Assembly (NCBI GenBank): GCA_029778105.1
Contig: JAKOQZ010000011.1
Location: 1-55,476 of the forward strand
DNA length: 55,476 nt
Source of the DNA: Pseudomonadota bacterium
Lineage (GTDB): Bacteria > Pseudomonadota > Alphaproteobacteria > Micropepsales > Micropepsaceae
Direction: 5' to 3'
The translations under genes were made by a program, and so were the position numbers. Below, piece after piece: positions 8,873-18,760 of the stretch. The notes under the pieces were generated by a model that made no database searches, was not told the origin of the DNA, and saw nothing but the letters and a program-made list of their open reading frames with translations. Positions within the stretch are counted from its first letter, which is position 1, and each line of letters starts with the position of its first letter.

Positions 8873-9844
8873 CTAGGGCCGCAGAATGATGCTGCCCGTG
8901 GTGCGGCGGGCCTGCAGATCTTCATGTGCCCTGGCTGCGTCGGACAGGGCATAGACCGCCGGGTCGGCGATCTTCACCTTGCCCGACAGCACCACGTCGA
9001 ACAGAGCGGCGGCACTGTCGCGCAGTTCCTGCGTCGTGCCAACATAGGCGAAGAGCCCGGGGCGCGTGAGGTAAAGCGACTTCGGTGACAGGATGGCCGG
9101 CGAGAAGGGCGGGACCGGCCCCGAGGCGTTACCGAAACTGACCAGGACGCCACGGATCGCGAGGCTGGCGATCGAAGCCTCGAAGCTGTCCTTGCCGACG
9201 CCGTCATACGAGACCGGCACACCCTTGCCGCCGGTGATCTCCATGACGCGGGCCGCGATGTCCTCGCGCCCGGAGACGATGACGTGGTCGCAGCCGAATG
9301 ATTTCGCGAGATCGACCTTGGCGTCGGAGCCGACCGTTCCGATCACCGTCGCGCCCAGCGCTTTCGCCCACTGGCAAGCGACCTGACCGACGCCGCCGGC
9401 CGCTGCGTGAAACAGGATCGTCTCGCCCGCCTTCACCGGATAGGTGCGGCGCAGCAGGTATTCCGACGTCATGCCCTTCATGAGGATCGACGCCGCGATG
9501 TCGTCGGAGATGTCGTGCGGAATTTTCACCGCCCGGGCCGCCGGCAGGTTGGCGGCTTCGGCATAGGCGCCGATCGGGCCGGTGCAGTAGCCGGCTCGGT
9601 CGCCAACGGCGAAATCGATGACGCCCGCACCGATCGCATCCACGACACCGACCGCCTCCAGGCCAAGGCCCGACGGCAGCTTGACCGGATAGAGGCCCGA
9701 GCGGTGATAGGTATCGATGAAGTTGACGGCGATCGCCGTCTGCCGCAGCCGGATTTCCCCGGCCGCGGGTGGCGGCAGTTCGGCATCTGCAAGGCGCAGC
9801 ACCTCCGGTCCGCCTGTTTCGGAGAACCGGATCGCCCTGGTCAT
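8873..9844 (-). CDS. qor: NADPH:quinone oxidoreductase (zeta-crystallin type)
   Basis: GGPEVL, VNFIDTYHRSGLY, HAAAGGVG, FGNASG and TTGS motifs. Confidence 0.9.
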   Translation of the reverse strand: MTRAIRFSETGGPEVLRLADAELPPPAAGEIRLRQTAIAVNFIDTYHRSGLYPVKLPSGLGLEAVGVVDAIGAGVIDFAVGDRAGYCTGPIGAYAEAANLPAARAVKIPHDISDDIAASILMKGMTSEYLLRRTYPVKAGETILFHAAAGGVGQVACQWAKALGATVIGTVGSDAKVDLAKSFGCDHVIVSGREDIAARVMEITGGKGVPVSYDGVGKDSFEASIASLAIRGVLVSFGNASGPVPPFSPAILSPKSLYLTRPGLFAYVGTTQELRDSAAALFDVVLSGKVKIADPAVYALSDAARAHEDLQARRTTGSIILRP

Positions 9845-9860
9845 ATGATCAGCCTACGGA

Positions 9861-10553
9861 TTATTTCAGATGTGACGCGAAGAAGGCGCTGGTCGCTGCA
9901 TTCGCGGCAAGAGCCGCACCTGCATTGAAGTGTGCGCCGCCGATACGCGCGAAGGCGTGGTCCTGGCCCGCATAGGTCACCATCGTCGCATGCTTGTTGG
10001 CGCCGAGGACATCGGCCATCTGCTTCTGCGCTTCGGCCGGGACGAACTGGTCCTTCTCGGCGACGTGAAGAAGAATCGGCTTCGAAATCTTCGAGGCTTC
10101 GCCGATGAGGCTGGCGATATTGACGCCGTAATACGAGACCGTCACGTCGATATCCGTGCGGGCCGCGGTGAGATAGGCGAGCAGGCCGCCGAGGCAGTGC
10201 CCGACGGCGCCGACCTTGGTGACGCCCGGCATGGCGCGCAGCGCCTTGATGGTCGCGGCGATATCGGTGATGCCCAGATCGGCGTTGAACTTGCCGAAGA
10301 GGTCGAAAGCCTTGGCCCATTCGGCCTCGCTCTGGTCGGTGATGTCGACGCCGGGTTCGATGCGCCAGAAAAGATCGGGCGCCAGCGCGACATATCCCGC
10401 CGCAGCGAGCTCATCGGCGATGGCGCGCACATTGGCGTTCACGCCGAAGATCTCCTGGATCACGACGATGCCGGGGCCTGTGCCCGAGGCCGGCCTTGCG
10501 AGATAGGCGTCGAACGCGCCGCCTTCGGTCTTGATCTGGATTTTCTCGCCCAT
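9861..10553 (-). CDS. Dienelactone hydrolase family protein
   Basis: QEIFGVN, GHCLGG nucleophile elbow and HAFAR motifs. Confidence 0.9.
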   Translation of the reverse strand: MGEKIQIKTEGGAFDAYLARPASGTGPGIVVIQEIFGVNANVRAIADELAAAGYVALAPDLFWRIEPGVDITDQSEAEWAKAFDLFGKFNADLGITDIAATIKALRAMPGVTKVGAVGHCLGGLLAYLTAARTDIDVTVSYYGVNIASLIGEASKISKPILLHVAEKDQFVPAEAQKQMADVLGANKHATMVTYAGQDHAFARIGGAHFNAGAALAANAATSAFFASHLK

Positions 10554-10575
10554 GGTCTTCGCCCTCGCGGATTGT

Positions 10576-12684
10576 TTAGCGTGCGTTCGCCGCGCCGCCG
10601 CGCTGGGCGGCCTGCTGCTGCGCGATCATCTGCGCCTGGATCTGGAACGGGCGCGGCAGAAGCATGTTGGAGAGCTGCACCGGATCGTTGATCGGGGCCG
10701 AGCAGGTGGCGCCGACGCAGGCATAGGCCGTGGCCTTGCCGTTGGTCTGCCCCTTGCCATGTGCAGGGTGGCTGGCGGGCAGCTTCTGACCGGGCTTGAG
10801 CACGGTCATCATGCGGCAGGGGACCGAGCGCTCAAGCACAGCGCGGACGAGGGCCTGCGTTTCGGGGGCGCGTTCGTCGCCGATGATGACGATCTGTGCT
10901 GCCGCGACGACGAATTCCGTCGCGTTCAGGAGCGTCGGCACATTCGCGGCCTGGCGGATGACCTCTTGGCCGAAAGCGCCGACGGCGGCGTTGGCGCTTT
11001 GGCGATAGGTCTCGTCGCCGGTCAGGAAGTACAGGCGGGCCAGGCTTTCGACGATGACGCCGTTATAGTTCGGGGTCGCCTGATCGAGGCCGGTGCGGAT
11101 GCGGATGACCGCGTCGGTCGCATCGGAGCTGGTCAGGTAGTACCCGCCGCGGACCGTGTCGCGGAACTTCGCGTCCAGACGCGCCGTCCACTGGCGGGCG
11201 CGGTCCAGATAGCGGGCGTCGCTGCTGAATTCGAGCAGGATGAGTGCGGCGCGGATCATCTGGGCATAGCCCTCGGCCGTCGTCTCGAAGGCGCTGCGCC
11301 GTCCGTCTCGGGCCATGTGGTAGAGCTTGTCGCCCTCGCCGAGATTGTCCTCGATGGCGCGGAAGGCGCGCAGCGCCGCCATGTGCCATTCGGGTTTGCG
11401 GAACACGGCGCCGGCCTGCGCCAGTGCGGCGATCATCATGCCGTTCCAGTCGGCGAGAATCTTGTCGTCGAGAGCGGGCGCGACGCGCTTGGCGCGCGCC
11501 ATCTGGAGCATGCGGCGGCAGCGCGTCAGCACCGCTTCCTGATCGGGACGCAGGAAGCCCATCGCGTTCAGGCGGTGGAGGATGTTCTTGCCCTGCCAGT
11601 TGCCGCCGGCCGTGACGCCATACACCTGCTTGAAGAACGGGGCATCGTTCGGGCCAAGCACCTCATCGATCTCGGCCTCCGACCAGACGTAGAACTTGCC
11701 TTCCTCGCCTTCCGTGTCGGAGTTCAGCGACGAGGCGAACGCGCCTTCCTTGGCGACCATCTCGCGCAGCACCCAGTCGATCGTCTCGTCGACGCGCGCG
11801 GCATAAAGCGGCGAGCGGGTCATTTGCCACACCAGCGTCAGCAGCTCGATGGTGCCGGCGTTGTCGTAGAGCATCTTTTCGAAGTGCGGCACGAGCCAGC
11901 GCTCGTCCGTCGAATAGCGCGCGTAGCCGCCGCCGAGATGGTCGTAGATGCCGCCCTGGGACATGTTGTCGAGGGTCAGCGTCACGGCGTTGCCGAACTG
12001 CGGCGCGGCGGTGCGCATGAAGGCGCGCCAGACCAGCGTGAGGGCCGAGGTCTGCGGGAATTTGGGCGCGCCTTCGAAACCGCCGAAGAAGAGGTCGATG
12101 CGCTGGGTGAGGCGGCGCGAAACCGGCTCGACGATGTTCGGATCGACGTTGAGCGGCTGGTCGGTGTTCCACACACGCTCCAGCGCGTCCCGGACGCCCT
12201 GCACGGCGCGCGCGATGTCGTCCGGCCGCGTCTTATAGGCCTCGATGACTTCCGTCAGGGTGCGGCGGAACGACGGGCGTCCGTCGCGGTCTTCGGGCGG
12301 CAGATAGCTGGTGCCGGTGAAGGCGATGCCGTCCGGCGAGAGGAAGAGGTTCAGCGGCCAGCCGCCCGCCTGACCCAGGGCCTGGATCGACGTCTGGTAG
12401 ATCTGGTCGATGTCGGGGCGTTCTTCGCGGTCGAGTTTGACATTGACGAAGTTGGCGTTGAGCAGCTCTGCGATCGCCGGATCGGCGAACGTCTCGCGGT
12501 GCATCACGTGACACCAGTGGCACGACGAATAGCCCGACGAGAGATAGATCGGCTTGCCGGTCGCCTTCGCCTCGTCCAGGGCCGCCTGACCCCAGGGCCG
12601 CCAGGCGACGGGGTCGTCCTTGTGCGACAGCAGATAGGGGCTGGTTTCGTCGGCAAGCAGGTTGCGGGCGGCGAATTCGGTCAT
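10576..12684 (-). CDS. YyaL/SSP411-like thioredoxin-domain protein
   Basis: NLLADETSPYL, CHWCHVM, DREERPDID, GGWPL and VPHFEKMLYDN motifs. Confidence 0.92.
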   Translation of the reverse strand: MTEFAARNLLADETSPYLLSHKDDPVAWRPWGQAALDEAKATGKPIYLSSGYSSCHWCHVMHRETFADPAIAELLNANFVNVKLDREERPDIDQIYQTSIQALGQAGGWPLNLFLSPDGIAFTGTSYLPPEDRDGRPSFRRTLTEVIEAYKTRPDDIARAVQGVRDALERVWNTDQPLNVDPNIVEPVSRRLTQRIDLFFGGFEGAPKFPQTSALTLVWRAFMRTAAPQFGNAVTLTLDNMSQGGIYDHLGGGYARYSTDERWLVPHFEKMLYDNAGTIELLTLVWQMTRSPLYAARVDETIDWVLREMVAKEGAFASSLNSDTEGEEGKFYVWSEAEIDEVLGPNDAPFFKQVYGVTAGGNWQGKNILHRLNAMGFLRPDQEAVLTRCRRMLQMARAKRVAPALDDKILADWNGMMIAALAQAGAVFRKPEWHMAALRAFRAIEDNLGEGDKLYHMARDGRRSAFETTAEGYAQMIRAALILLEFSSDARYLDRARQWTARLDAKFRDTVRGGYYLTSSDATDAVIRIRTGLDQATPNYNGVIVESLARLYFLTGDETYRQSANAAVGAFGQEVIRQAANVPTLLNATEFVVAAAQIVIIGDERAPETQALVRAVLERSVPCRMMTVLKPGQKLPASHPAHGKGQTNGKATAYACVGATCSAPINDPVQLSNMLLPRPFQIQAQMIAQQQAAQRGGAANAR

Positions 12685-12826
12685 GTGAAACAAAGTCCGT
12701 TGGGGGCCGTTCGGGCGGCTTGGCGGCGGATATGAGCGTCCGCCGGGGAGGGCCGGGTGACTCGCATGTTTGCCGCTGCGAGTCCAGAATGGGGTCCGGC
12801 GCGAGGGAGCGCCCGAGGTGGAGCGG

Positions 12827-13087
12827 ATGAAGATCAACGTCGAGATCGATGTGACGCCGGAAGAGGCGCGGACCTTTCTGGGCCTGCCGGATCTTGAGCC
12901 CATGCAGCAGGCGATCCTCAAGGACGTCCAGGACCGCATCCAGAAGAACATCGCCCGTCTGGAGCCGGAGGCCCTGATGCGGCAGTGGTTCTCGCTGGCG
13001 CCTCAGGGGCTGGACCAGGTTCAGAAGCTGTTCGGCAATCTCGCCAGCATGGCGACCGGACGGCGTAAGCCCGCGCCCAAGGAATAG
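12827..13087 (+). CDS. Small conserved hypothetical protein (DUF6489-like)
   Basis: MKINVEIDVTPEEARTFLGLPD motif; usual position upstream of mnmE; GGAG RBS. Confidence 0.8.
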   Translation: MKINVEIDVTPEEARTFLGLPDLEPMQQAILKDVQDRIQKNIARLEPEALMRQWFSLAPQGLDQVQKLFGNLASMATGRRKPAPKE

Positions 13088-13095
13088 GGAATCCG

Positions 13096-14427
13096 CTGGT
13101 CGATTCGGATACGATCTATGCGCTGGCGAGCGCCGGCGGGCGCGCCGGGGTCGCGGTGGTGCGCATCAGCGGCCCCGCAGCGCCCCGCGTTCTGGGTGCC
13201 CTTGCGCCGGGGCTGCAGGTCCGGGCGCGCATGGCCCACCGGGTCCTTCTGGCCGACCCCGAAGACGGAGCGCCGATCGATGACGGGTTGGCCCTGCTTT
13301 TTCCGGCGCCGGCCAGCTTCACCGGCGAGGACGTGGTCGAGCTGCACCTGCACGGCAGCCCGGCGGTTCTGGAGCGGCTGTTCGCCGCGCTGAGCCGGTT
13401 GGGTCTGCGGGCGGCCGGGCCGGGCGAGTTCACCCGGCGGGCCTTTGGCAACGGCAAGATGGATCTGACGGCGGCCGAGGGGCTGGCCGATCTCATCGCG
13501 GCGGATGGCGAAGCGCAGCGTGCGCAGGCGCTGGCCCAGATGGGCGGCGCCTGGAGCGTCGTGATCGCCGATTGGCAGGCGCGGCTGATGGATGTGCTGG
13601 CCTTGCTGGAGGCAGGAATCGATTTCGTCGAGGAAGACGACGTGCCCGATGACGTCACGGATTCGGTTCCGGAACGGCTGGCGGCGATCTCTGCCGAGAT
13701 GAACGCCCATCTCACGTCCGGCCGTCGAGGTGAGGTGATCCGCGATGGGTTGCGGGTCGCGATCGTCGGACCACCAAATGTGGGAAAATCGACACTTTTG
13801 AATGCGCTGGCTCAACGGGAAGTCGCGATCGTATCCGACACGCCCGGGACGACCCGCGACATCATCGAGGTTCGGCTCGATCTTGAGGGCTATGTTGTCG
13901 TTCTGGCCGACACGGCCGGGCAGCGGGACTCGGGAGACCCGATTGAGCAGGAGGGGGTCAGGCGGGCCAGGGCGCGCGCCGGCGAAAGTGACCTGCGGAT
14001 CTTCGTCGCGGACTCCCAGACTCGAGTCGGACTCGAAACGGACGACACAGCGCGTCCGGGCGACATCCTGTTCCTCAACAAGGTCGATCTCGGGAGTTCT
14101 GACCTGGCGCCCCGCGAGGATGGCCTCTCGATCATCGTGGGATCGGCGCTGCGGGGTGGAGGGCTGGCCGATCTCGTCGGCCATATGACCGCCCGGGTGA
14201 AGGCTTCGGCCAGAGCCGGCAGCGCGCTCGTCACTCGGGTGCGACACCGGGAAAATCTGGAGGAGGCCCGGACGGCAGTGGTGCGGGCTGCAGAGATGAG
14301 GGACGCGCCCGACCTTGCCGCCGAAGATGTCCGGATCGCTTTGCAGGCGCTGGCGCGGATCATCGGCCGGTTCGACGTCGAACGGGTGCTGGACCGGATT
14401 TTCAGCAGCTTCTGTATCGGGAAATGA
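13096..14427 (+). CDS. mnmE: tRNA modification GTPase MnmE (probable CTG start)
   Basis: DTIYALAS..GRAGVAVVRISG, SFTGEDVVE, GPPNVGKS, PGTTRD, DTAG, NKVD and the C-terminal FCIGK. Confidence 0.95.
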   Translation: MVDSDTIYALASAGGRAGVAVVRISGPAAPRVLGALAPGLQVRARMAHRVLLADPEDGAPIDDGLALLFPAPASFTGEDVVELHLHGSPAVLERLFAALSRLGLRAAGPGEFTRRAFGNGKMDLTAAEGLADLIAADGEAQRAQALAQMGGAWSVVIADWQARLMDVLALLEAGIDFVEEDDVPDDVTDSVPERLAAISAEMNAHLTSGRRGEVIRDGLRVAIVGPPNVGKSTLLNALAQREVAIVSDTPGTTRDIIEVRLDLEGYVVVLADTAGQRDSGDPIEQEGVRRARARAGESDLRIFVADSQTRVGLETDDTARPGDILFLNKVDLGSSDLAPREDGLSIIVGSALRGGGLADLVGHMTARVKASARAGSALVTRVRHRENLEEARTAVVRAAEMRDAPDLAAEDVRIALQALARIIGRFDVERVLDRIFSSFCIGK

Positions 14428-14440
14428 TTCACGTGAAACA
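14425..14440. other. parS: parS site
   Basis: TGATTCACGTGAAACA, one mismatch to TGTTTCACGTGAAACA; overlaps the mnmE stop. Confidence 0.85.
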
Positions 14441-14453
14441 GCGCACGCCCTTC

Positions 14454-14469
14454 TGTTTCACGTGAAACG
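14454..14469. other. parS: parS site
   Basis: TGTTTCACGTGAAACG. Confidence 0.9.
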
Positions 14470-14526
14470 CTCGCGCATCTGGCGAAATTCTTGACTTCAC
14501 GACCCTGGCGAGTCCTTTGCGGGCGC

Positions 14527-16383
14527 ATGGGATTCGATGTGATCGTGATCGGCGGCGGGCATGCGGGGGCGGAAGCCGCCGCCGCTTCGGCGCGGCTCGG
14601 GGCGCGAACGGCCCTGATCACGCACAAGCGCAGCACGATCGGCGAAATGTCGTGCAACCCGGCGATCGGCGGGCTGGGCAAGGGTCACCTGGTGCGTGAG
14701 GTGGACGCGCTGGATGGGCTGATGGGCCGGGTCGCGGACGCAGCGGGGATTCAGTTCCGGCTGCTGAACCGGCGCAAGGGTCCGGCCGTTCAGGGGCCCC
14801 GCGCGCAGGCCGACCGAAAAATGTACCGCCAGGCGATGCAGGCCGCTTTGGCCGAGATCAACGGCCTGACCATTCTTGAAGCCAGCGTCGAGGACCTGAG
14901 GATCGACCGGGGTGCGGTCACGGGCGTCGTTCTGGCGACCGGCGAGGTGGTGGCGGCGAAGGCCGTGGTGCTGACGACCGGCACCTTCCTCAACGGCGTC
15001 ATTCATATCGGCGAACGGCGTATGCCGGCCGGACGGATGGGGGACGCCCCCGCGCTCGGGCTGTCAAAGACGCTGTATGGGCTGGGGCTGGCGATGGGCC
15101 GGCTGAAGACCGGCACGCCCCCGCGGCTGGACGGCTCGACCATCGACTGGGCGGCGCTGGAGATGCAGCCCGGCGACGAGCCGCCGGTGCCCTTTTCGTT
15201 TCTGACGCGCGCGATCACCACCCCGCAGATCCAGTGCGGGATCACCCGGACGACTGCGGCGTCCCACAAGGTTCTGACCGATAATCTGGCGAGGCTCCCG
15301 CTCTTCTCGGGTCAGATCGCCGGGCAGGGCCCACGATATTGCCCGTCGATCGAGGACAAGGTGGTGCGGTTCGCGGAACGCGACAGCCATCAGATCTTCC
15401 TGGAGCCCGAGGGGCTGGACGACGACACGGTCTATCCGAACGGCATTTCGACCTCGATGCCGGAGGATCTGCAGCACATCTTCCTCAAGACGATTCCGGG
15501 GCTCGAGCGGGCGGTCATGCGCCGGCCGGGCTACGCGATCGAGTATGATTACGTCGATCCACGCGAGTTGGCGCCAACGTTTCACGTGAAACGAGTCCCG
15601 GGGCTCTTCCTCGCGGGGCAGATCAACGGCACCACCGGCTATGAAGAGGCCGCCGCCCAGGGGCTTCTGGCGGGGCTGAATGCCGCGGCCTTCGCCGGCG
15701 ACGGCGAGGGCATCGTGCTCGACCGGGCCGAGGCCTATGCCGGGGTGATGGCGGACGATCTGGTGACCCGGGGGGTCAGTGAGCCCTATCGAATGTTCAC
15801 CAGCCGCGCGGAGTATCGTCTCAGCCTTCGAGCCGACAATGCCGACCAGCGACTGACGCCGCTGGGCATGAAACTAGGCTGTGTCGGGCCCGAGCGATGC
15901 CGTGTCTTCAGCGACAAACGAATGGCGCTGGAGACGGCGCGCGCCCGGCTGCAGGGGCTCAGCCTCAGCCCCAGCCGTCTGAAGACCTATGGGATCGAGA
16001 TTGCGCAGGATGGTGTGACGCGCACGGCGCTGGAGCTGCTGCGGTTTCCGCAGATCGATCTCGCGGTCCTGAAGGGCATTTTCCCGGAGCTGGGCGATAT
16101 CCGCCCGGAGATCGCCGAGCAGCTTCAGATCGACGGGCATTATTCGGCCTATCTGGCGCGGCAGGAGGCCGATATCGCGGCGTTCCGGCGCGACGAGGCG
16201 CTGAAGCTGGATGCCGGCTTCGATTATGGCGCCGTACCCGGCCTGTCGAACGAGGTCGTGCAGCGGCTGGGGCGGATTCAGCCGGCCACGCTGGGGCAGG
16301 CGGCGCGGATCGAGGGGGTGACGCCGGCCGCCCTGACCGCCATTCTGGCGGGCGTCAAAAAGCGGGATGCGCGGCGTGTCTGA
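14527..16383 (+). CDS. mnmG: tRNA uridine 5-carboxymethylaminomethyl modification enzyme MnmG/GidA
   Basis: [33 protein letters not shown] and [13 protein letters not shown] motifs. Confidence 0.97.
   Translation: MGFDVIVIGGGHAGAEAAAASARLGARTALITHKRSTIGEMSCNPAIGGLGKGHLVREVDALDGLMGRVADAAGIQFRLLNRRKGPAVQGPRAQADRKMYRQAMQAALAEINGLTILEASVEDLRIDRGAVTGVVLATGEVVAAKAVVLTTGTFLNGVIHIGERRMPAGRMGDAPALGLSKTLYGLGLAMGRLKTGTPPRLDGSTIDWAALEMQPGDEPPVPFSFLTRAITTPQIQCGITRTTAASHKVLTDNLARLPLFSGQIAGQGPRYCPSIEDKVVRFAERDSHQIFLEPEGLDDDTVYPNGISTSMPEDLQHIFLKTIPGLERAVMRRPGYAIEYDYVDPRELAPTFHVKRVPGLFLAGQINGTTGYEEAAAQGLLAGLNAAAFAGDGEGIVLDRAEAYAGVMADDLVTRGVSEPYRMFTSRAEYRLSLRADNADQRLTPLGMKLGCVGPERCRVFSDKRMALETARARLQGLSLSPSRLKTYGIEIAQDGVTRTALELLRFPQIDLAVLKGIFPELGDIRPEIAEQLQIDGHYSAYLARQEADIAAFRRDEALKLDAGFDYGAVPGLSNEVVQRLGRIQPATLGQAARIEGVTPAALTAILAGVKKRDARRV
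15578..15593. other. parS: parS site within mnmG
   Basis: Perfect palindrome CGTTTCACGTGAAACG. Confidence 0.85.
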
Positions 16384-17026
16384 GGGTGCGTTCACGCGTT
16401 CGGATTTCGTGACGCAGACGGGCGCCGATGCCGACGTCATGGCGCGGCTCGATGCCTATGCCGCAACCCTCGCCGCCTGGAACGAGACCATGAACCTCGT
16501 CAGTCCGGCGTCGATGGCCGATCTCTGGCGCCGGCACATGTTCGACAGCGCCCAGCTCGTGCCGTTGATTCCAAATGGCACACGCCGGATCGTCGACATG
16601 GGTTCGGGCGCAGGATTTCCCGGTCTGGTTCTGGCCGCCATGCGCCCGGATGGAGTCGGACTCGAAACGGTCCTCGTCGAAAGCATCGAGAAGAAGTGCG
16701 CGTTTCTGCGTGCCGCAGCCACGGCGATGGGACTGGACGGGCGTGTCCGGGTGATCCGGGGCCGGGCCGAAGAGGTCAGCGGCCTCAAGGCCGATATGGT
16801 GACGGCGCGGGCGATGGCGCCGCTGGAGACGCTGCTCGGCTATGCAAAAAGATTTGCGGATAAAGAGACGAAGCTGTTGTTTCCCAAGGGCAGAACGGCG
16901 GCCGATGAATTGACCGCCGCGCGGCGATCCTGGACAATCGAGTCCGAGATGATCCCGAGCCGGAGCGACCGCGAGGCGTCGATCATCGCTATCCGCCACT
17001 TTGCGCCCAAAGGCCGCCGATCGTGA
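16367..17026 (+). CDS. rsmG: 16S rRNA m7G527 methyltransferase RsmG/GidB
   Basis: [26 protein letters not shown] and FPKG motifs. Confidence 0.93.
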   Translation: MRGVSEGAFTRSDFVTQTGADADVMARLDAYAATLAAWNETMNLVSPASMADLWRRHMFDSAQLVPLIPNGTRRIVDMGSGAGFPGLVLAAMRPDGVGLETVLVESIEKKCAFLRAAATAMGLDGRVRVIRGRAEEVSGLKADMVTARAMAPLETLLGYAKRFADKETKLLFPKGRTAADELTAARRSWTIESEMIPSRSDREASIIAIRHFAPKGRRS

Positions 17027-17838
17027 CCAGCGCCGCCGCAACCCCAGGCCGTCCCCGCATTCTCGCCGTCGCCAACCAGAAGGGCGGGGTGGGCAAGACC
17101 ACGACGGCAATCAATCTCGGCACCGCCCTGGCGGCGGTCGGCGAGAGCGTGCTGCTGATCGACTGCGATCCCCAGGGCAACGCCTCAACCGGGCTCGGCA
17201 TCGACAGGAACGCCCGCGCGCGCACCACCTATGAGGTGCTGATCGGCGAGGCGTCTCTGGCAGACGCTATTCTGCCGACCGCCATCCCGCGTCTTTTCAT
17301 CGCGCCCGCGACGCCCGATCTCGCCGGCGCCGAGCACGAGCTCTACACGGCCCCGAACCGCAATTTCCGCCTTCGCGACGCCCTGGCCAGCCTGTCGGCG
17401 CGCGGGCAGTCCTACAGCTATGTGCTGATCGACTGCCCGCCCAGCCTCAACCTGCTGACCATGAATGCGCTCGCCGCGGCCGACGGCCTGCTGGTGCCGT
17501 TGCAGTGCGAGTTCTTTGCGCTGGAAGGTCTCAGCCAGCTGCAGCGCACGGTGGAGCTGGTACGCGGCTCGCTCAATCCGACCCTGTCGATCCAAGGCGT
17601 GGTGCTGACCATGTCGGACAAGCGCAACCGTCTTTCCGAACAGGTCGAGGCGGACGTGCGCGCGCATATGGGCGACACCGTGTATAGGACTGTTATCCCT
17701 AGGAATGTTCGCCTATCAGAAGCGCCGAGCCACGGCCTGCCCGCGATCGTCTACGATATCAAGGCGCCGGGCAGCCAGGCCTATATCCAGCTGGCTTCGG
17801 AAATGATTCAGCGCGAGCGCGCGCTCAAGGCCGCGTAG
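17023..17838 (+). CDS. parA: Chromosome partitioning ATPase ParA
   Basis: NQKGGVGKTTT, DPQGNAS, IDCPPSL and IPRNVRLSEAPS motifs. Confidence 0.96.
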   Translation: MTSAAATPGRPRILAVANQKGGVGKTTTAINLGTALAAVGESVLLIDCDPQGNASTGLGIDRNARARTTYEVLIGEASLADAILPTAIPRLFIAPATPDLAGAEHELYTAPNRNFRLRDALASLSARGQSYSYVLIDCPPSLNLLTMNALAAADGLLVPLQCEFFALEGLSQLQRTVELVRGSLNPTLSIQGVVLTMSDKRNRLSEQVEADVRAHMGDTVYRTVIPRNVRLSEAPSHGLPAIVYDIKAPGSQAYIQLASEMIQRERALKAA

Positions 17839-17875
17839 GACAGATGTCGATTCGCTTTAGCAACGGAATGAAACG

Positions 17876-18760
17876 ATGACCGCGAAGCCCTCTTCTCCGC
17901 GCGGGCTGGGACGCGGCCTCTCGGCCCTGCTGGGCGACGCGCCTGTCGCTCAGGATAACGGCGCCAAGGGCAATGGCGGACGCAATGTGGCGATCGACCT
18001 GATCACACCCAACCCGTTTCAGCCGCGCCGCACCTTCGACGAACAGGACCTGCGCGAGCTCACCGATTCCATCCGCGCCAACGGCGTCCTGCAGCCCATC
18101 GTGGTGCGCACCGACCCCAAGGCGGCCGGGCGCTTCCAGCTCATCGCCGGCGAGCGCCGCTGGCGCTCGGCGCAGCGTGCGGGCCTTCACGAGATCCCGG
18201 TCGTCATCCGCGAGATGACAGATGACGATGCGCTGGAAGTCGCGATCGTCGAGAACGTCCAGCGCGCCGGCCTCAACGCCATCGAAGAGGCGCTCGGCTA
18301 TCACGCGCTTGTCGAGCGCTTCAACTACACCCAGGAAGACCTCGCCACGAATATCGGCAAGAGCCGCAGCCATATCGCCAATATGCTGCGCCTGCTGAAC
18401 CTGCCGACCGAAGTGCGCCAGATGGTCGAGGACGGCAAACTCTCGGCTGGCCATGCCCGCGCGCTGGTGACGGCGAACGACGCCGTGTCGCTGGCCCGCG
18501 AGGCGGTGGCGCGGGGCCTCTCGGTGCGCGAGATGGAGGCGCTCGCCAACGCGGCGCGCACCGAGCCCACGAAAGGCGGCCGCAAGGGCAAGCTGCCCAA
18601 AGACATCGATACGGTGCGGCTGGAGCGCGAGCTCAAGGCGGCGACCGGCTGCGCCGTCAGCATCGATGTCGAGGCGGGGCGCGAAGCCGGAAAGCTGGTG
18701 ATCCGCTTCGCCGATATGGACAAGCTGGATGCGGTGACGACCCGTCTGTTGCGCGGCTAG
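17876..18760 (+). CDS. parB: Chromosome partitioning protein ParB
   Basis: GLGRGLSALLG, QPRR.F, AGERRWR, ENVQR and GKSRSHIAN motifs. Confidence 0.96.
   Translation: MTAKPSSPRGLGRGLSALLGDAPVAQDNGAKGNGGRNVAIDLITPNPFQPRRTFDEQDLRELTDSIRANGVLQPIVVRTDPKAAGRFQLIAGERRWRSAQRAGLHEIPVVIREMTDDDALEVAIVENVQRAGLNAIEEALGYHALVERFNYTQEDLATNIGKSRSHIANMLRLLNLPTEVRQMVEDGKLSAGHARALVTANDAVSLAREAVARGLSVREMEALANAARTEPTKGGRKGKLPKDIDTVRLERELKAATGCAVSIDVEAGREAGKLVIRFADMDKLDAVTTRLLRG

Noticed and set aside
12677-12692. parS-like TCGGTCATGTGAAACA at the YyaL-like start
   Set aside because: Only one arm matches (four mismatches); too weak to call.
10531-12735. 734-aa plus-strand ORF
   Set aside because: Antisense to the YyaL-like gene.
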